Positions 29,101 to 37,820 of a stretch of DNA of 61,934 nucleotides are shown piece after piece. Origin of the DNA: a virus (Duplodnaviria > Caudoviricetes); IMG/VR virus record IMGVR_UViG_3300037133_000055, positions 1-61,934 of that record; one strand, 5' to 3'. Under the pieces are notes generated by a model. It worked only from the letters and a program-made list of their open reading frames with translations. It had not been told where the DNA came from and ran no database searches. Numbering within the stretch: position 1 is the stretch's first letter; each line of letters starts with the position of its first letter. The position numbers and the translations under genes are program-made.

Positions 29101-32100
29101 TATCCCATCACGGGTCCCGCATTTGAGGAGACAACTCCATGGGGTCCGGCACTTAATGCAACAGTTGGCAGGATGATCAAGCCACAGCGCATGATGCACC
29201 GGAAAGAGCTAGAAGCTGCAATGCGTAGCGGCAATGCTCCACCTCCGATCAATGCAGCTATGGATATCGAGCGTGGCATTCCTTCTTCTAAAGGCCTCAA
29301 GGCTATCGAGCGTGGTGTTCCTTCTGCTAAACAACTCAAGGCTATTGAGCGTGGCGATATGCCTTCTGTTAAAGAACTCAAGGCTATCAACGATCATATC
29401 AAGGTAATGGGTATCTCTAAGGGTGGTGGGATCACACCTTCAACTTATGTTCCCTATGGACCTTACCTGAATCCACATGCTATACCAAATACATATGTTC
29501 AGCAGATGATACCTACATATGGGCCTGGAGTAATACCGCTTATTAATGCACGCGGAGTTGGTGTACATATACCAGTGCCATCCTCGCAGCGCACGTTTGC
29601 CTACAAGGTGTGGAACTGGATAGGTAAGACAGGTGGAGCACCTGATGCTAACACGCTCTCTAGCGACATCTGGGAGGCTACAGGAGGCCAGCCTGGTGGA
29701 ACCTTACCAGCTAACTATTCTGGCGGACAGAAGGTATGGACGTGGCTCGGTAAAGCAATAGGAGTACTACCCACTACAGAGTCTATTCCAGACTTCCACG
29801 CCGACTGGAAACATATGAATGCGGCACAAGAGCTGCGTGAACAGAACGCCATGATCAAAGCTCGTGGTGAGTTCGTTCAAACATTCGGTAGACAGCAACA
29901 GTACTCCGCTCCCTACCCCTTCATAAACCAGTCAGGTATCAAGTATGCGATAGGACAATCAGAATTCTCAGCAAAAGAACTTGCCGGTATATATGGATTC
30001 ATGGGTGAGACCGCTCTAGGCAACCCGCTACAACAGAAGAGTATCTTACAGCCGGCCTCTCGTGCCTATAGCATGGAGCATGGATGGTGGGACGACTCTA
30101 ACATGGGCGGACTGTCTGGAATGATATCCGAGATCGGGCGTCGTTTCCTACCTCACAGAATGCATTATATGAACGAATACAACCCAACAAAAAATACCAT
30201 GCCTACTTGGCTGCCTGGAAGTGACTATTTCCAGAATTTTCAAGTCGGAGATCTTTATCAAAAAGTGCCTTATGGCGAGGTCAGACTTCCTGGCGAAGCC
30301 TATGAACGAACACATCGTTTGCATCCTGACGAGTTTGGAATGTATGGAGCAGTAGATAGGTTTAATATCCTATCCGATGTGGCTCCGTACTCATCTGAAA
30401 CAAAATACTGGCGTGATGTTGTCACCCATATGAATATGCCAGCTGATATGCGTGAACAGGTAGCTATGGCAAAGCGGCGTATGGCTGTTATCAAACGTAA
30501 CCATACCTTCTATCCATATCACTTCCAGATAAACTATAAGAACATGGTCAGAGAACACGTCCATATCACCAGAGTACTGGATTATGGGTTGTTCATGACT
30601 AAAGAACATCCTGATAACCCGATCCATATTGCCGGGATCATGGTACAGGGAATGTCCGCCGATAAGACCAGAGGTCTCCTTGGACGGTCAGCCACGATCG
30701 TCTATGATAAGAACAATCCTATCCAGAATGATACTTATGGTTCGATCAGAGCAGCAGTATTCCGCGGCAATAAGAGTGTAGCTACAGAGATGGTCAACTC
30801 TGGAAGAGCCAAAGAAGCTCTGACTGATTGGTCACCGGCCGGTGTCATCGCTCGTTATATCCCAAGACAGATTCATAAGGCAGCCTTGTACGAGAAGATT
30901 GCGCACATTGATACACCCATAAACACCAAATTTTTACAAGCACGCTCTCCATTAGAATCTTATGAACGTGAGCAGGTATACGGTGAACCGTTTGGCGATT
31001 GGGGTTCTCCATGGCGTTCATGGATTGTACCAACGTACCAGTCATTCATCGAACGCAACCCTGTCATGGCTAGAATATCAGGAGCTGCTGTTGGTTACTT
31101 CATAGGTAACTTCTTCTTTGGTGGTCGCGGTAAGGCCGGGGCCGTCATTGGCGAACTAGCTACAGAGTGGGGCTCGGCCTGGCGCATCTGGGAAGAGCAC
31201 CATACTCACAAGAAGTGGATCCCTGGACGTGTTCAAAAAGTCCGTAACATGAATCAATACTTCGATACTTTGAATTATATCAAGTATCATGGTATGTATG
31301 TCGCAGCTTTAAAGAAAGCACCTCGCACCGCACTGTTAATTAAGCAGTCTGAGCAAGAGCTTAACTCTCGTAAACAGCTATCCAAAAGTTTAATGGAACA
31401 GAAACGTGCCAACTATATTGCTGGCAAGGGCAAACGCAATAAGGGTATCAACAGAAGGTTGAATCTGATCCAGCTAGGGGCTACCAACTACAAACACCTG
31501 ACCAAGAATGAAGCGACTGCGCTTTATTACTATCAGCGTATGCAGTCTACTCTCTATGGATTCCGGCCCGGGGAATCGTTCACGGCGATCATGGGTGCTC
31601 TACCCAAGAGAGATCGAGAATACTTTACGGCATTCTCCAAGGTGACAAACCCCAAAGAGCAGAAGCAGATTCTAGCATTGGTACCAGAGAATGAACGCCG
31701 TGTCTATGAATCAATGTGGCACATGCCAGTTGAGAAGCAACAGCCACTCAGTGAATATTTCAAGACTCATAAACTACCTGGTCCAACCTGGGGTGGTTGG
31801 CGCCCTGATATTAATATGCAGGATGTCAGGGTAAAAGTAGTTCACAATGAAGCCAAGGATATGTACGCATATGATATCTGGCCGAATGACTTGCAGCGTG
31901 AAAGGCAACAGCCTAACCTACCTATGATCAACAATGTCATGAAGGGTGGGCACGCTTACAAGAACCACCTGCATGATCTGATGACAGGCATGGGATTTAA
32001 GAACGTCAGGGTAGACTGGACACCTGGTGCCAACTTGGACTTTCAGATTCAGCTAGAGCAGGATCGCACCGATGAGATGCAACAGTACCTGAAGAATAAC

Positions 32101-32124
32101 CTGAACAGTTATATTTCAGCATAG
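26107..32124 (+). CDS. Giant virion protein in the tape-measure position with a degenerate SNase-like domain
   Basis: 2005 aa after the chaperones; hydrophobic segments; SNase-like stretch at ~30547-30810. Confidence 0.7.
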   Translation: MQMSVLRSNQYLQSNSNRDMSDHDQDDLRPTAPSPVPKLLLGAAILGGAFALASRTRLLDTVAEKLMPRLLSVGEAAGKYLQTRNSTLDPRKIIPDLLGELKSFRGAYRSTLASRLDYHKGLFEDLLKQKEGMMKSTLSNSWSDAIRQQEIYKQMTGAGMSQDMFDFVGQMNAQTVTSLNRDSLIELSNSKGYKFGESGLDDLFGIINPLQRGKFGTGEYYDKLRKEANSFMVGGIKRTLTPENGWKNIMTGARPATVSEVLADSNFNMPKEARMQLAAHVNRDKEYAGLTYDPNVLFRGGRVADWRSFNDMYNKTLEWWEKTMPGRLLHIRDARERSLAPVMKILKRGDIHPVVTGDNLPLQEDLLYAGGKLTRAINPVQQYAGDYEMTNAQYGLIPRILKHMANVGVTSRATTRWYDKSIFGRARSLLDIGYSTSPTILGKFKGFWSKFGDPDWYRNAVDGAAKPGSTFDASTVHNLNKFFHVSTPAVTERALNVFAKLHGYDEPLDSFQDSYRLLSSIASGKGYNGPLKSLYNFGKNSSKELENQLQILGGSQKLGLFEDKLHHALNGRDIINREIAKEIVRLQVEKEHGYVTTLDYLKRQKEGIKGADGKFTGGGWLNGKDYEVAKQLVMASAYKDATSGFDSGDAKLRAEAVARAERLFRDDVVPGFVDNVHKWARSNYPLYSSKIGGGMSTEELMGQSSGGESAGEEKEFFGSRYTVLKKRPRIDDAVTALRKQNDWTKLYAFVKQPFEGRQDLTQLTYNTVRPLSPYHLMWRMSEELNEYGLGFSGKSNSNFWSVFGAFALKRFAPIAASISAAQYLNWETGNLTGYDMHQRWQRTIARTHLMFAPNEMRAAHKRHIYAMYPYIEQMEYWPMKGSPWVGNMFSYPLMGIGTSRPMSKGELEDYYTRGNQPMRKGRYWAIGSRSPWWGDKTTYYYPNDYKMAMSKWQDSSTALPGRIRWSHSWMPNLRYPLAPINRIMQPYYYESYHYNDRPYPITGPAFEETTPWGPALNATVGRMIKPQRMMHRKELEAAMRSGNAPPPINAAMDIERGIPSSKGLKAIERGVPSAKQLKAIERGDMPSVKELKAINDHIKVMGISKGGGITPSTYVPYGPYLNPHAIPNTYVQQMIPTYGPGVIPLINARGVGVHIPVPSSQRTFAYKVWNWIGKTGGAPDANTLSSDIWEATGGQPGGTLPANYSGGQKVWTWLGKAIGVLPTTESIPDFHADWKHMNAAQELREQNAMIKARGEFVQTFGRQQQYSAPYPFINQSGIKYAIGQSEFSAKELAGIYGFMGETALGNPLQQKSILQPASRAYSMEHGWWDDSNMGGLSGMISEIGRRFLPHRMHYMNEYNPTKNTMPTWLPGSDYFQNFQVGDLYQKVPYGEVRLPGEAYERTHRLHPDEFGMYGAVDRFNILSDVAPYSSETKYWRDVVTHMNMPADMREQVAMAKRRMAVIKRNHTFYPYHFQINYKNMVREHVHITRVLDYGLFMTKEHPDNPIHIAGIMVQGMSADKTRGLLGRSATIVYDKNNPIQNDTYGSIRAAVFRGNKSVATEMVNSGRAKEALTDWSPAGVIARYIPRQIHKAALYEKIAHIDTPINTKFLQARSPLESYEREQVYGEPFGDWGSPWRSWIVPTYQSFIERNPVMARISGAAVGYFIGNFFFGGRGKAGAVIGELATEWGSAWRIWEEHHTHKKWIPGRVQKVRNMNQYFDTLNYIKYHGMYVAALKKAPRTALLIKQSEQELNSRKQLSKSLMEQKRANYIAGKGKRNKGINRRLNLIQLGATNYKHLTKNEATALYYYQRMQSTLYGFRPGESFTAIMGALPKRDREYFTAFSKVTNPKEQKQILALVPENERRVYESMWHMPVEKQQPLSEYFKTHKLPGPTWGGWRPDINMQDVRVKVVHNEAKDMYAYDIWPNDLQRERQQPNLPMINNVMKGGHAYKNHLHDLMTGMGFKNVRVDWTPGANLDFQIQLEQDRTDEMQQYLKNNLNSYISA
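29266..29388 (+). repeat. Three in-frame 39-42 bp tandem repeats (IERG.PS.K.LKA)
   Basis: Units start at 29266, 29305, 29344. Confidence 0.9.
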
Positions 32125-32141
32125 GGAGCAGTGGAGAAGAT

Positions 32142-35100
32142 ATGGCAAACAGATATAACAAAGATAGACATCCAGATGAGTTAGGCAATCTCGACAAAGC
32201 TGCTCTCGCTTTTGTTCCTGAACGTAGCGTACAGACAGGGCAAAAGAATGTGCTTGTATCCAATATCAGAAAAACACTTGACCGTCATGTCTGGCGGCAA
32301 CAACATCCTCTCGTTACTAACTATGGATATGGTCCTTATATGAATACCAATATGCCATTGAATAGTATCACTGGTAACGCAGCAGTAGATCCTGAGGCGA
32401 TGTTGTCATCGGTAAGATCATCAGGGTTAACAGTACCTATATCTAAGCCTTTAACAAGAACAGAAAAAGCCGATCTCCAGGTACTTTGGAAACACCTGCT
32501 AGACACTGAAGAACTCAATCTTAATGTAGCCAATAGATCTCAGATAGTTAGCACCCTTGATGGATTCAATCTAGCCGGTGCCGGTCATGAGGATGTTGAT
32601 ATACATGACGGTATACGCAAGAGAACTACTCTGGGTGAACATATATATGACTTACTTGACAACAACGGGTACTTCAAGAAGAAACAGGATACCGTTGATA
32701 CGATGTCTCGTGGCGAGATAGCCGGTTACTTCAAAGACTTCCCTCTACTTGGTAAAATTCAGAGCGTACAGAATAGATTGTTTATGAACACAGGTGTTAA
32801 GTCCATGAGGGCCGGAGACTTGAACTCTGCTCTTAATGCATTGAAGAAAGCCGTAATCGGTGGACCATCTAACATAAGTGATGCAACACTCAAAGATCAT
32901 ATCAACAATTTTAATATGTATATAGATCCATTTAATAAAGAAATGATGAAGTATAGCAAGACTCTGACTGATGGAACTGACAGACAGAGCATTCCTTTTT
33001 TGTCAGATGGAGCTAGCTTTGAAGATCTGAAAGCGGCATTGCAGAATCTGAAGCTGTATAAGACTGTAAAGAGTAGGCATCTTCCCACTCAGGCAGAGAA
33101 GACAGAACAACTTTTCAGGATATCAAGAAAGCTCACCGAGAGACTTTATAACAAGCTGAGTACCCCAGCCTATGCATCACTGCTTAAAGTCATAGCTCCG
33201 CAAGGTCTTGATAAATATGATGGTATGGTTGGCGTCAAGAATCTTACCACTAATAATATAAACAGCGATGCACGGCACGGAGACATAGACTCTGGATTAG
33301 ATTTTGAAGAACGTTTCAATTCTAACCTCACAGATCCTTTTAGTAGTGCGACCAACGCTTTCAAGATACAGCCACATGGAGTGGAATTATTCAAGCAGAT
33401 ATTCAAACATGACGTTAGAAAAGGCGAAGCCAATGGCGATGTGTTTGGTATACCTAGTGGCGAGAGTTCAGCAAGGTGGATGTATGCATATAAGAACAAC
33501 AGATATAGTCCAGATCCCGAAGAGAGTGTTAGAGGCGTAGGTATTCACAGCATGGATGGCGCCAAGGCTCTTGAAGAGTTGGCGTCACATGGTCAGAACA
33601 TAGACCGATTCATCATGGAACGTGAATACGAAAAGAACATGCGTAACATTCCCAAGGAGATGCGAGGTAGTTCTTATAGAGGCCGTCTCAATGATGTGGC
33701 ATCTAGAGCAAGAAAATCAATGAGTGCAGAGGAAATGCAGTCGTGGATTGGTCGTGTCGTCTTTGATAAAGTTGACAACATGCCTTCTAAAATTATTGGT
33801 ACGGTTGGCGACAAATTTCAGATCAAACCTCTCTATGCCAATCTATCTCGTGTCAATGTTAAATATAATGCCAAGACTTTTCAAGAATACTTTAATAGTA
33901 ACATAGCGTCTGGCGTAAGCTCATCTATAAGTAAAGGCTATGACGATCCACTTGACAATGGAGTAATAGCAAGCGGCAAGATCTCTGATAAGGTCAAAGC
34001 TCTTTCTAACGAACTGCTAAGCGGCGACTGGTCATCTCATGATGCAATGTTCGGACAACAGTTACCAATGGTTAACCGTTATCTGAAGAGTTCAGCATAC
34101 ATGAATCAAATTGGTGGGCGTGCAGGCAAAGAGATAATGCAAGAAACCGCTCAGGATGTTTCAGAGTTGATGGTCGAGTTCTCTCATAAGTGGTTGCATG
34201 AACGTCCTGACATTGAAGACATTGGCAAGATGGGATGGAAAGACAAGAAAGCCATAAGCGATGAGTTTGAGAAAGACTTCCAGAGGATGGCGCCTGGGGC
34301 ATTATTAAAAAGAGAGCAACTAAGTAAGGCTGATAGATTCGCTCGTGCGTTCGGAGCTATTAAAACGGTAGATAAAAATGCTACGTCTGTAGCTGATATT
34401 GAAAGAGTGATAGCTAACTTCAGGGATATTCCGCGGCATAGAAGTGCTGTTGGTGTTTTGATGGGGCTTAATGGTAGCGACAGAGACGAACTTGCTGCTA
34501 TGTTGTACAGAGGCAATCTAGGATCTATCGACGCAATAAGCGAAAATGGCGAAGGTCACGAACGTGATAGTCATGGCGATATAGCTAGTTCTGCTTTCGA
34601 TCAGCCAGAAAATGCATTCATAAGAAAAGAGACTGAAGCTGAGAACTACTATCGGATGGAGTATCATGACTGGGTGACTCCTGAAGGATGGAAAAAGTTT
34701 AACAGAATAAAGGATAAGCATGATGAACTCCTCCAGGGAGCCAGCAGTCGTGGCGAGTCGCTTATCAATATAGCAAAACTCAAAAGATCGAAGAATGTAA
34801 CATCAACAATGCTTGCGAAAGTGAATGAAGAACAGGCTCGAATCAGAAAGATTAATGCAGTACAAAGAAGTTTAGCTGATCAGATAGAGATGTCTAAGTA
34901 TCTGTCTGAATCAATGTTACCTGCGAAGGTCAAAAGTGCCCAGGAGTTAGCGCTAATAGCTGATACACTGATGCATAATCCAGGACTTGGCAGTATCAGT
35001 TACACCAGGCATGGTATTGATGAAGACATGTCTATCGCCAGTATTGGTAATGGCATCGTATCTCTACGAGATACTAACGGTAAGATGATACATCTTGGTC

Positions 35101-37796
35101 CAGAATTTAATATGTATCCGAATCAAGCCAATGTATTAAATTCTAGTGATCTGACAAGTCTTTATAACTTCCGCGGAACTATTGATCATGCACAGCGTCT
35201 TCAAAAAGAAGTTCTCCCTTTCTTGAAGAACCCCAACGGTCCTTATAATTATATAGCTAGCATGGGAGATAAAGCAGCCAACCCTCAGTCCGTACTTGAG
35301 ACTATGGATATCATATCCAAATTCAAAGTAGGGCAGAAGGTCGTAGGCCTCGACATTGAAACAACTGCAGGTAAAGGACAACTTGATAGGCTGACAGAGA
35401 TTGCTGCTAAAGAGTATGAAGTTATTGCCGGAGGTAGACTAAGGGCTACCAAGCGCAGTTTTACCAGGTTCATAAAGCCTGAAGGACAGATTATTGATTT
35501 TGCTAATGGCAAGATGCCTGCAGATGTCACGCTCTCAGACAGCGAGAAGTTGATGATGAGCGGAGCACTCGATAACGTAGGTGGCATTGATAAATTAATT
35601 GAGAAGGGTAAGAATGGCCAGAAGGTACAGGATGAATTTCATAAGTGGTTAAATCCAGATGCTGCTATCCTTGGTCATAATGTCAGGTTCGATTTAAACT
35701 ACCTGAACAATATTGGATATCATATTGACAATCAGCTAATTGTAGATACTCAGGCTACAGCCATCCTGCTTGGCAAACACAGTACTGCACTTGAGCAATT
35801 AGTTAAGAGTGACGGTAGTGCCGCAATACAAGCACTTCATGCAGCTAGTAAGCATGAAGGTATGACAGATGTCAAGGCTACTGTTGATATATACAACAAC
35901 CTTGCCCCAGAGGCTGTCAAGAAATATCTGACAGATCCTCGTCTCAATGTTGGCGACTACCTGGTACATTTCCATGGCAAGAGAGCAGCGACCATCTCCG
36001 ATGAGAATACTCGTGGTCTTGTAAAAGTCATGGGATACAGTCATGATGCTAACGGTCATACTATGCACTTAATGAGAGTGGATACTGGAGATGTATACCA
36101 GCTCAGAGAAAAGAGTAAGGCCGATCTTGAGAATGCACTTGCTACAAGCTACTACAATGTCAGTGATAGAAAGTTAGCTGATCTAGCAGCGATAAACGAT
36201 AGTTACGTAAATGATAGAGCTGCTCGTACTGCTCGCAAAATGACTTCTGATTATGATAGTGCTATCTTATACGAGAAGCGTATGGAAGCTCTACATACCT
36301 ACTCTTCTATATATGATAATACTTACGCAGATGCAGAGCATGGCGTACAAAATCTCAACGTAGATAACTACCAAGATCAGGTAGTACTAGACAAGCTAAG
36401 ACTTGCAGATTCTGACGCCGCTGGAATTATGGAAGGCATGAACAAGTCAGAGTTTGTTGGCGCTAAGGCACTAGATCCGTGGTACGTGAATGAATATAGC
36501 AAGGCACATATGGGATTGGTCCACTCTCTACAAGAGCAGGTTGCAGCTAAAGAAGCAGGTGGAGTTGGACTAAATAAATGGGGCGCAAGTAAAGCATATA
36601 AGGCAGCTTCAGATGCTCTTGCGGTTAAGTACCCAGCCAAGTCTGCCGAACGTGCAGCAGAGATGTGGGAGCAAGCGCTTCAGGTTACAGATGGAGACAA
36701 GAATTACAATATCGAGTTTGGCAGACGGCAATGGTCAGAGGCAGCTATCCATCGTTATCTGAGCGACAAGATTAAAAAAGGTAGCGTTGATGATGTATCA
36801 GGTGCCAAGCTTCGTCTCATGAGAAGTGTAGTGATACCCCAGTTAATTAAACAAGGGGTTGATCTTGAGACTCCATCTGATAGTGATATGGGTTATGGAG
36901 ATAGTAGATATGCTCCTGAAGATGCAAGTCTCATCAATAGTGAAAATCTAGAAGCAAGGATTTCTTCTTTGCAGCGTAGTGCTGCTGAAGTTAATGCTGC
37001 TAAACTTAACAACGCAGCACTACTTAGAAACAGTATTCAGACTACCTCTGTAGCAATAGACAATGCTCAGCTAGGCAATCGTACAATAAAATACGATGAC
37101 ATTCTCGCCGGAAGATCAGGCGCCTCAGCAGCCTTCATAGCAGACGCCCTGAATGCAAACAATAATACCTTTGTTAATGCAGTGAGTGCCACTCAGGAAG
37201 CAGCAGAGGCTGCAGGTAACAGCGACAAATATCTGATTAAGCCAACGTCAGGTATATTAGAAGCCTTACAGAATGCACCATTGCGTGCAACTGCTGAGAA
37301 CTCAGGACGATATACCGTCAACAGTGCTCTTGGCATAGATAAGGTTTCTGACATGGTGCGTAACTTGATGAAGCGGCCATGGGCAAAGAAGGTTTTGCCT
37401 GCTGCACTGGCACTCCCCCTATCATACCTAGCTTTCCAGATGATTCGTGGCGATGATCTAAACATGGGCAAGGCAACTCCACGGTCGGTAGCCGGTACCA
37501 ACCTTGGTGAATGGATGCAGACTCCTGATATGCGTATGCTTACGGGTACCGCTATGATGCCGGGGCCACAGCCGACTATCCAGTTCCCCACTGCACCGCG
37601 CCGCGGACACTATAAGATTTCGATGACAGAACAGAATCCTCAGAAACAGACATCAGAGAATGTGAACTCAGCCGTCAGCCAGTCACTAACCAACTCTATG
37701 CCGATACCTGTGAACATCAAGACATCTGTTACAGATAACACAAACGGTATGGATGCTACCTGGTGGTCAAGAAACATTCTCGATGCTATATTCTAA
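32142..37796 (+). CDS. Giant protein with a DEDDh (DnaQ-like) 3'-5' exonuclease domain
   Basis: ExoI LDIETT (~35350), ExoII GHNVRFD (~35672), ExoIII HEGMTD (~35853); hydrophobic segment near the C-terminus. Confidence 0.8.
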   Translation: MANRYNKDRHPDELGNLDKAALAFVPERSVQTGQKNVLVSNIRKTLDRHVWRQQHPLVTNYGYGPYMNTNMPLNSITGNAAVDPEAMLSSVRSSGLTVPISKPLTRTEKADLQVLWKHLLDTEELNLNVANRSQIVSTLDGFNLAGAGHEDVDIHDGIRKRTTLGEHIYDLLDNNGYFKKKQDTVDTMSRGEIAGYFKDFPLLGKIQSVQNRLFMNTGVKSMRAGDLNSALNALKKAVIGGPSNISDATLKDHINNFNMYIDPFNKEMMKYSKTLTDGTDRQSIPFLSDGASFEDLKAALQNLKLYKTVKSRHLPTQAEKTEQLFRISRKLTERLYNKLSTPAYASLLKVIAPQGLDKYDGMVGVKNLTTNNINSDARHGDIDSGLDFEERFNSNLTDPFSSATNAFKIQPHGVELFKQIFKHDVRKGEANGDVFGIPSGESSARWMYAYKNNRYSPDPEESVRGVGIHSMDGAKALEELASHGQNIDRFIMEREYEKNMRNIPKEMRGSSYRGRLNDVASRARKSMSAEEMQSWIGRVVFDKVDNMPSKIIGTVGDKFQIKPLYANLSRVNVKYNAKTFQEYFNSNIASGVSSSISKGYDDPLDNGVIASGKISDKVKALSNELLSGDWSSHDAMFGQQLPMVNRYLKSSAYMNQIGGRAGKEIMQETAQDVSELMVEFSHKWLHERPDIEDIGKMGWKDKKAISDEFEKDFQRMAPGALLKREQLSKADRFARAFGAIKTVDKNATSVADIERVIANFRDIPRHRSAVGVLMGLNGSDRDELAAMLYRGNLGSIDAISENGEGHERDSHGDIASSAFDQPENAFIRKETEAENYYRMEYHDWVTPEGWKKFNRIKDKHDELLQGASSRGESLINIAKLKRSKNVTSTMLAKVNEEQARIRKINAVQRSLADQIEMSKYLSESMLPAKVKSAQELALIADTLMHNPGLGSISYTRHGIDEDMSIASIGNGIVSLRDTNGKMIHLGPEFNMYPNQANVLNSSDLTSLYNFRGTIDHAQRLQKEVLPFLKNPNGPYNYIASMGDKAANPQSVLETMDIISKFKVGQKVVGLDIETTAGKGQLDRLTEIAAKEYEVIAGGRLRATKRSFTRFIKPEGQIIDFANGKMPADVTLSDSEKLMMSGALDNVGGIDKLIEKGKNGQKVQDEFHKWLNPDAAILGHNVRFDLNYLNNIGYHIDNQLIVDTQATAILLGKHSTALEQLVKSDGSAAIQALHAASKHEGMTDVKATVDIYNNLAPEAVKKYLTDPRLNVGDYLVHFHGKRAATISDENTRGLVKVMGYSHDANGHTMHLMRVDTGDVYQLREKSKADLENALATSYYNVSDRKLADLAAINDSYVNDRAARTARKMTSDYDSAILYEKRMEALHTYSSIYDNTYADAEHGVQNLNVDNYQDQVVLDKLRLADSDAAGIMEGMNKSEFVGAKALDPWYVNEYSKAHMGLVHSLQEQVAAKEAGGVGLNKWGASKAYKAASDALAVKYPAKSAERAAEMWEQALQVTDGDKNYNIEFGRRQWSEAAIHRYLSDKIKKGSVDDVSGAKLRLMRSVVIPQLIKQGVDLETPSDSDMGYGDSRYAPEDASLINSENLEARISSLQRSAAEVNAAKLNNAALLRNSIQTTSVAIDNAQLGNRTIKYDDILAGRSGASAAFIADALNANNNTFVNAVSATQEAAEAAGNSDKYLIKPTSGILEALQNAPLRATAENSGRYTVNSALGIDKVSDMVRNLMKRPWAKKVLPAALALPLSYLAFQMIRGDDLNMGKATPRSVAGTNLGEWMQTPDMRMLTGTAMMPGPQPTIQFPTAPRRGHYKISMTEQNPQKQTSENVNSAVSQSLTNSMPIPVNIKTSVTDNTNGMDATWWSRNILDAIF

Positions 37797-37820
37797 AGTC
37801 CCAAGCGAGGGGGAACATGC

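Noticed and set aside
26107-37796. Virion RNA polymerase
   Set aside because: No DxDGD or T7/N4-type catalytic motifs found by eye; a highly divergent enzyme cannot be excluded.
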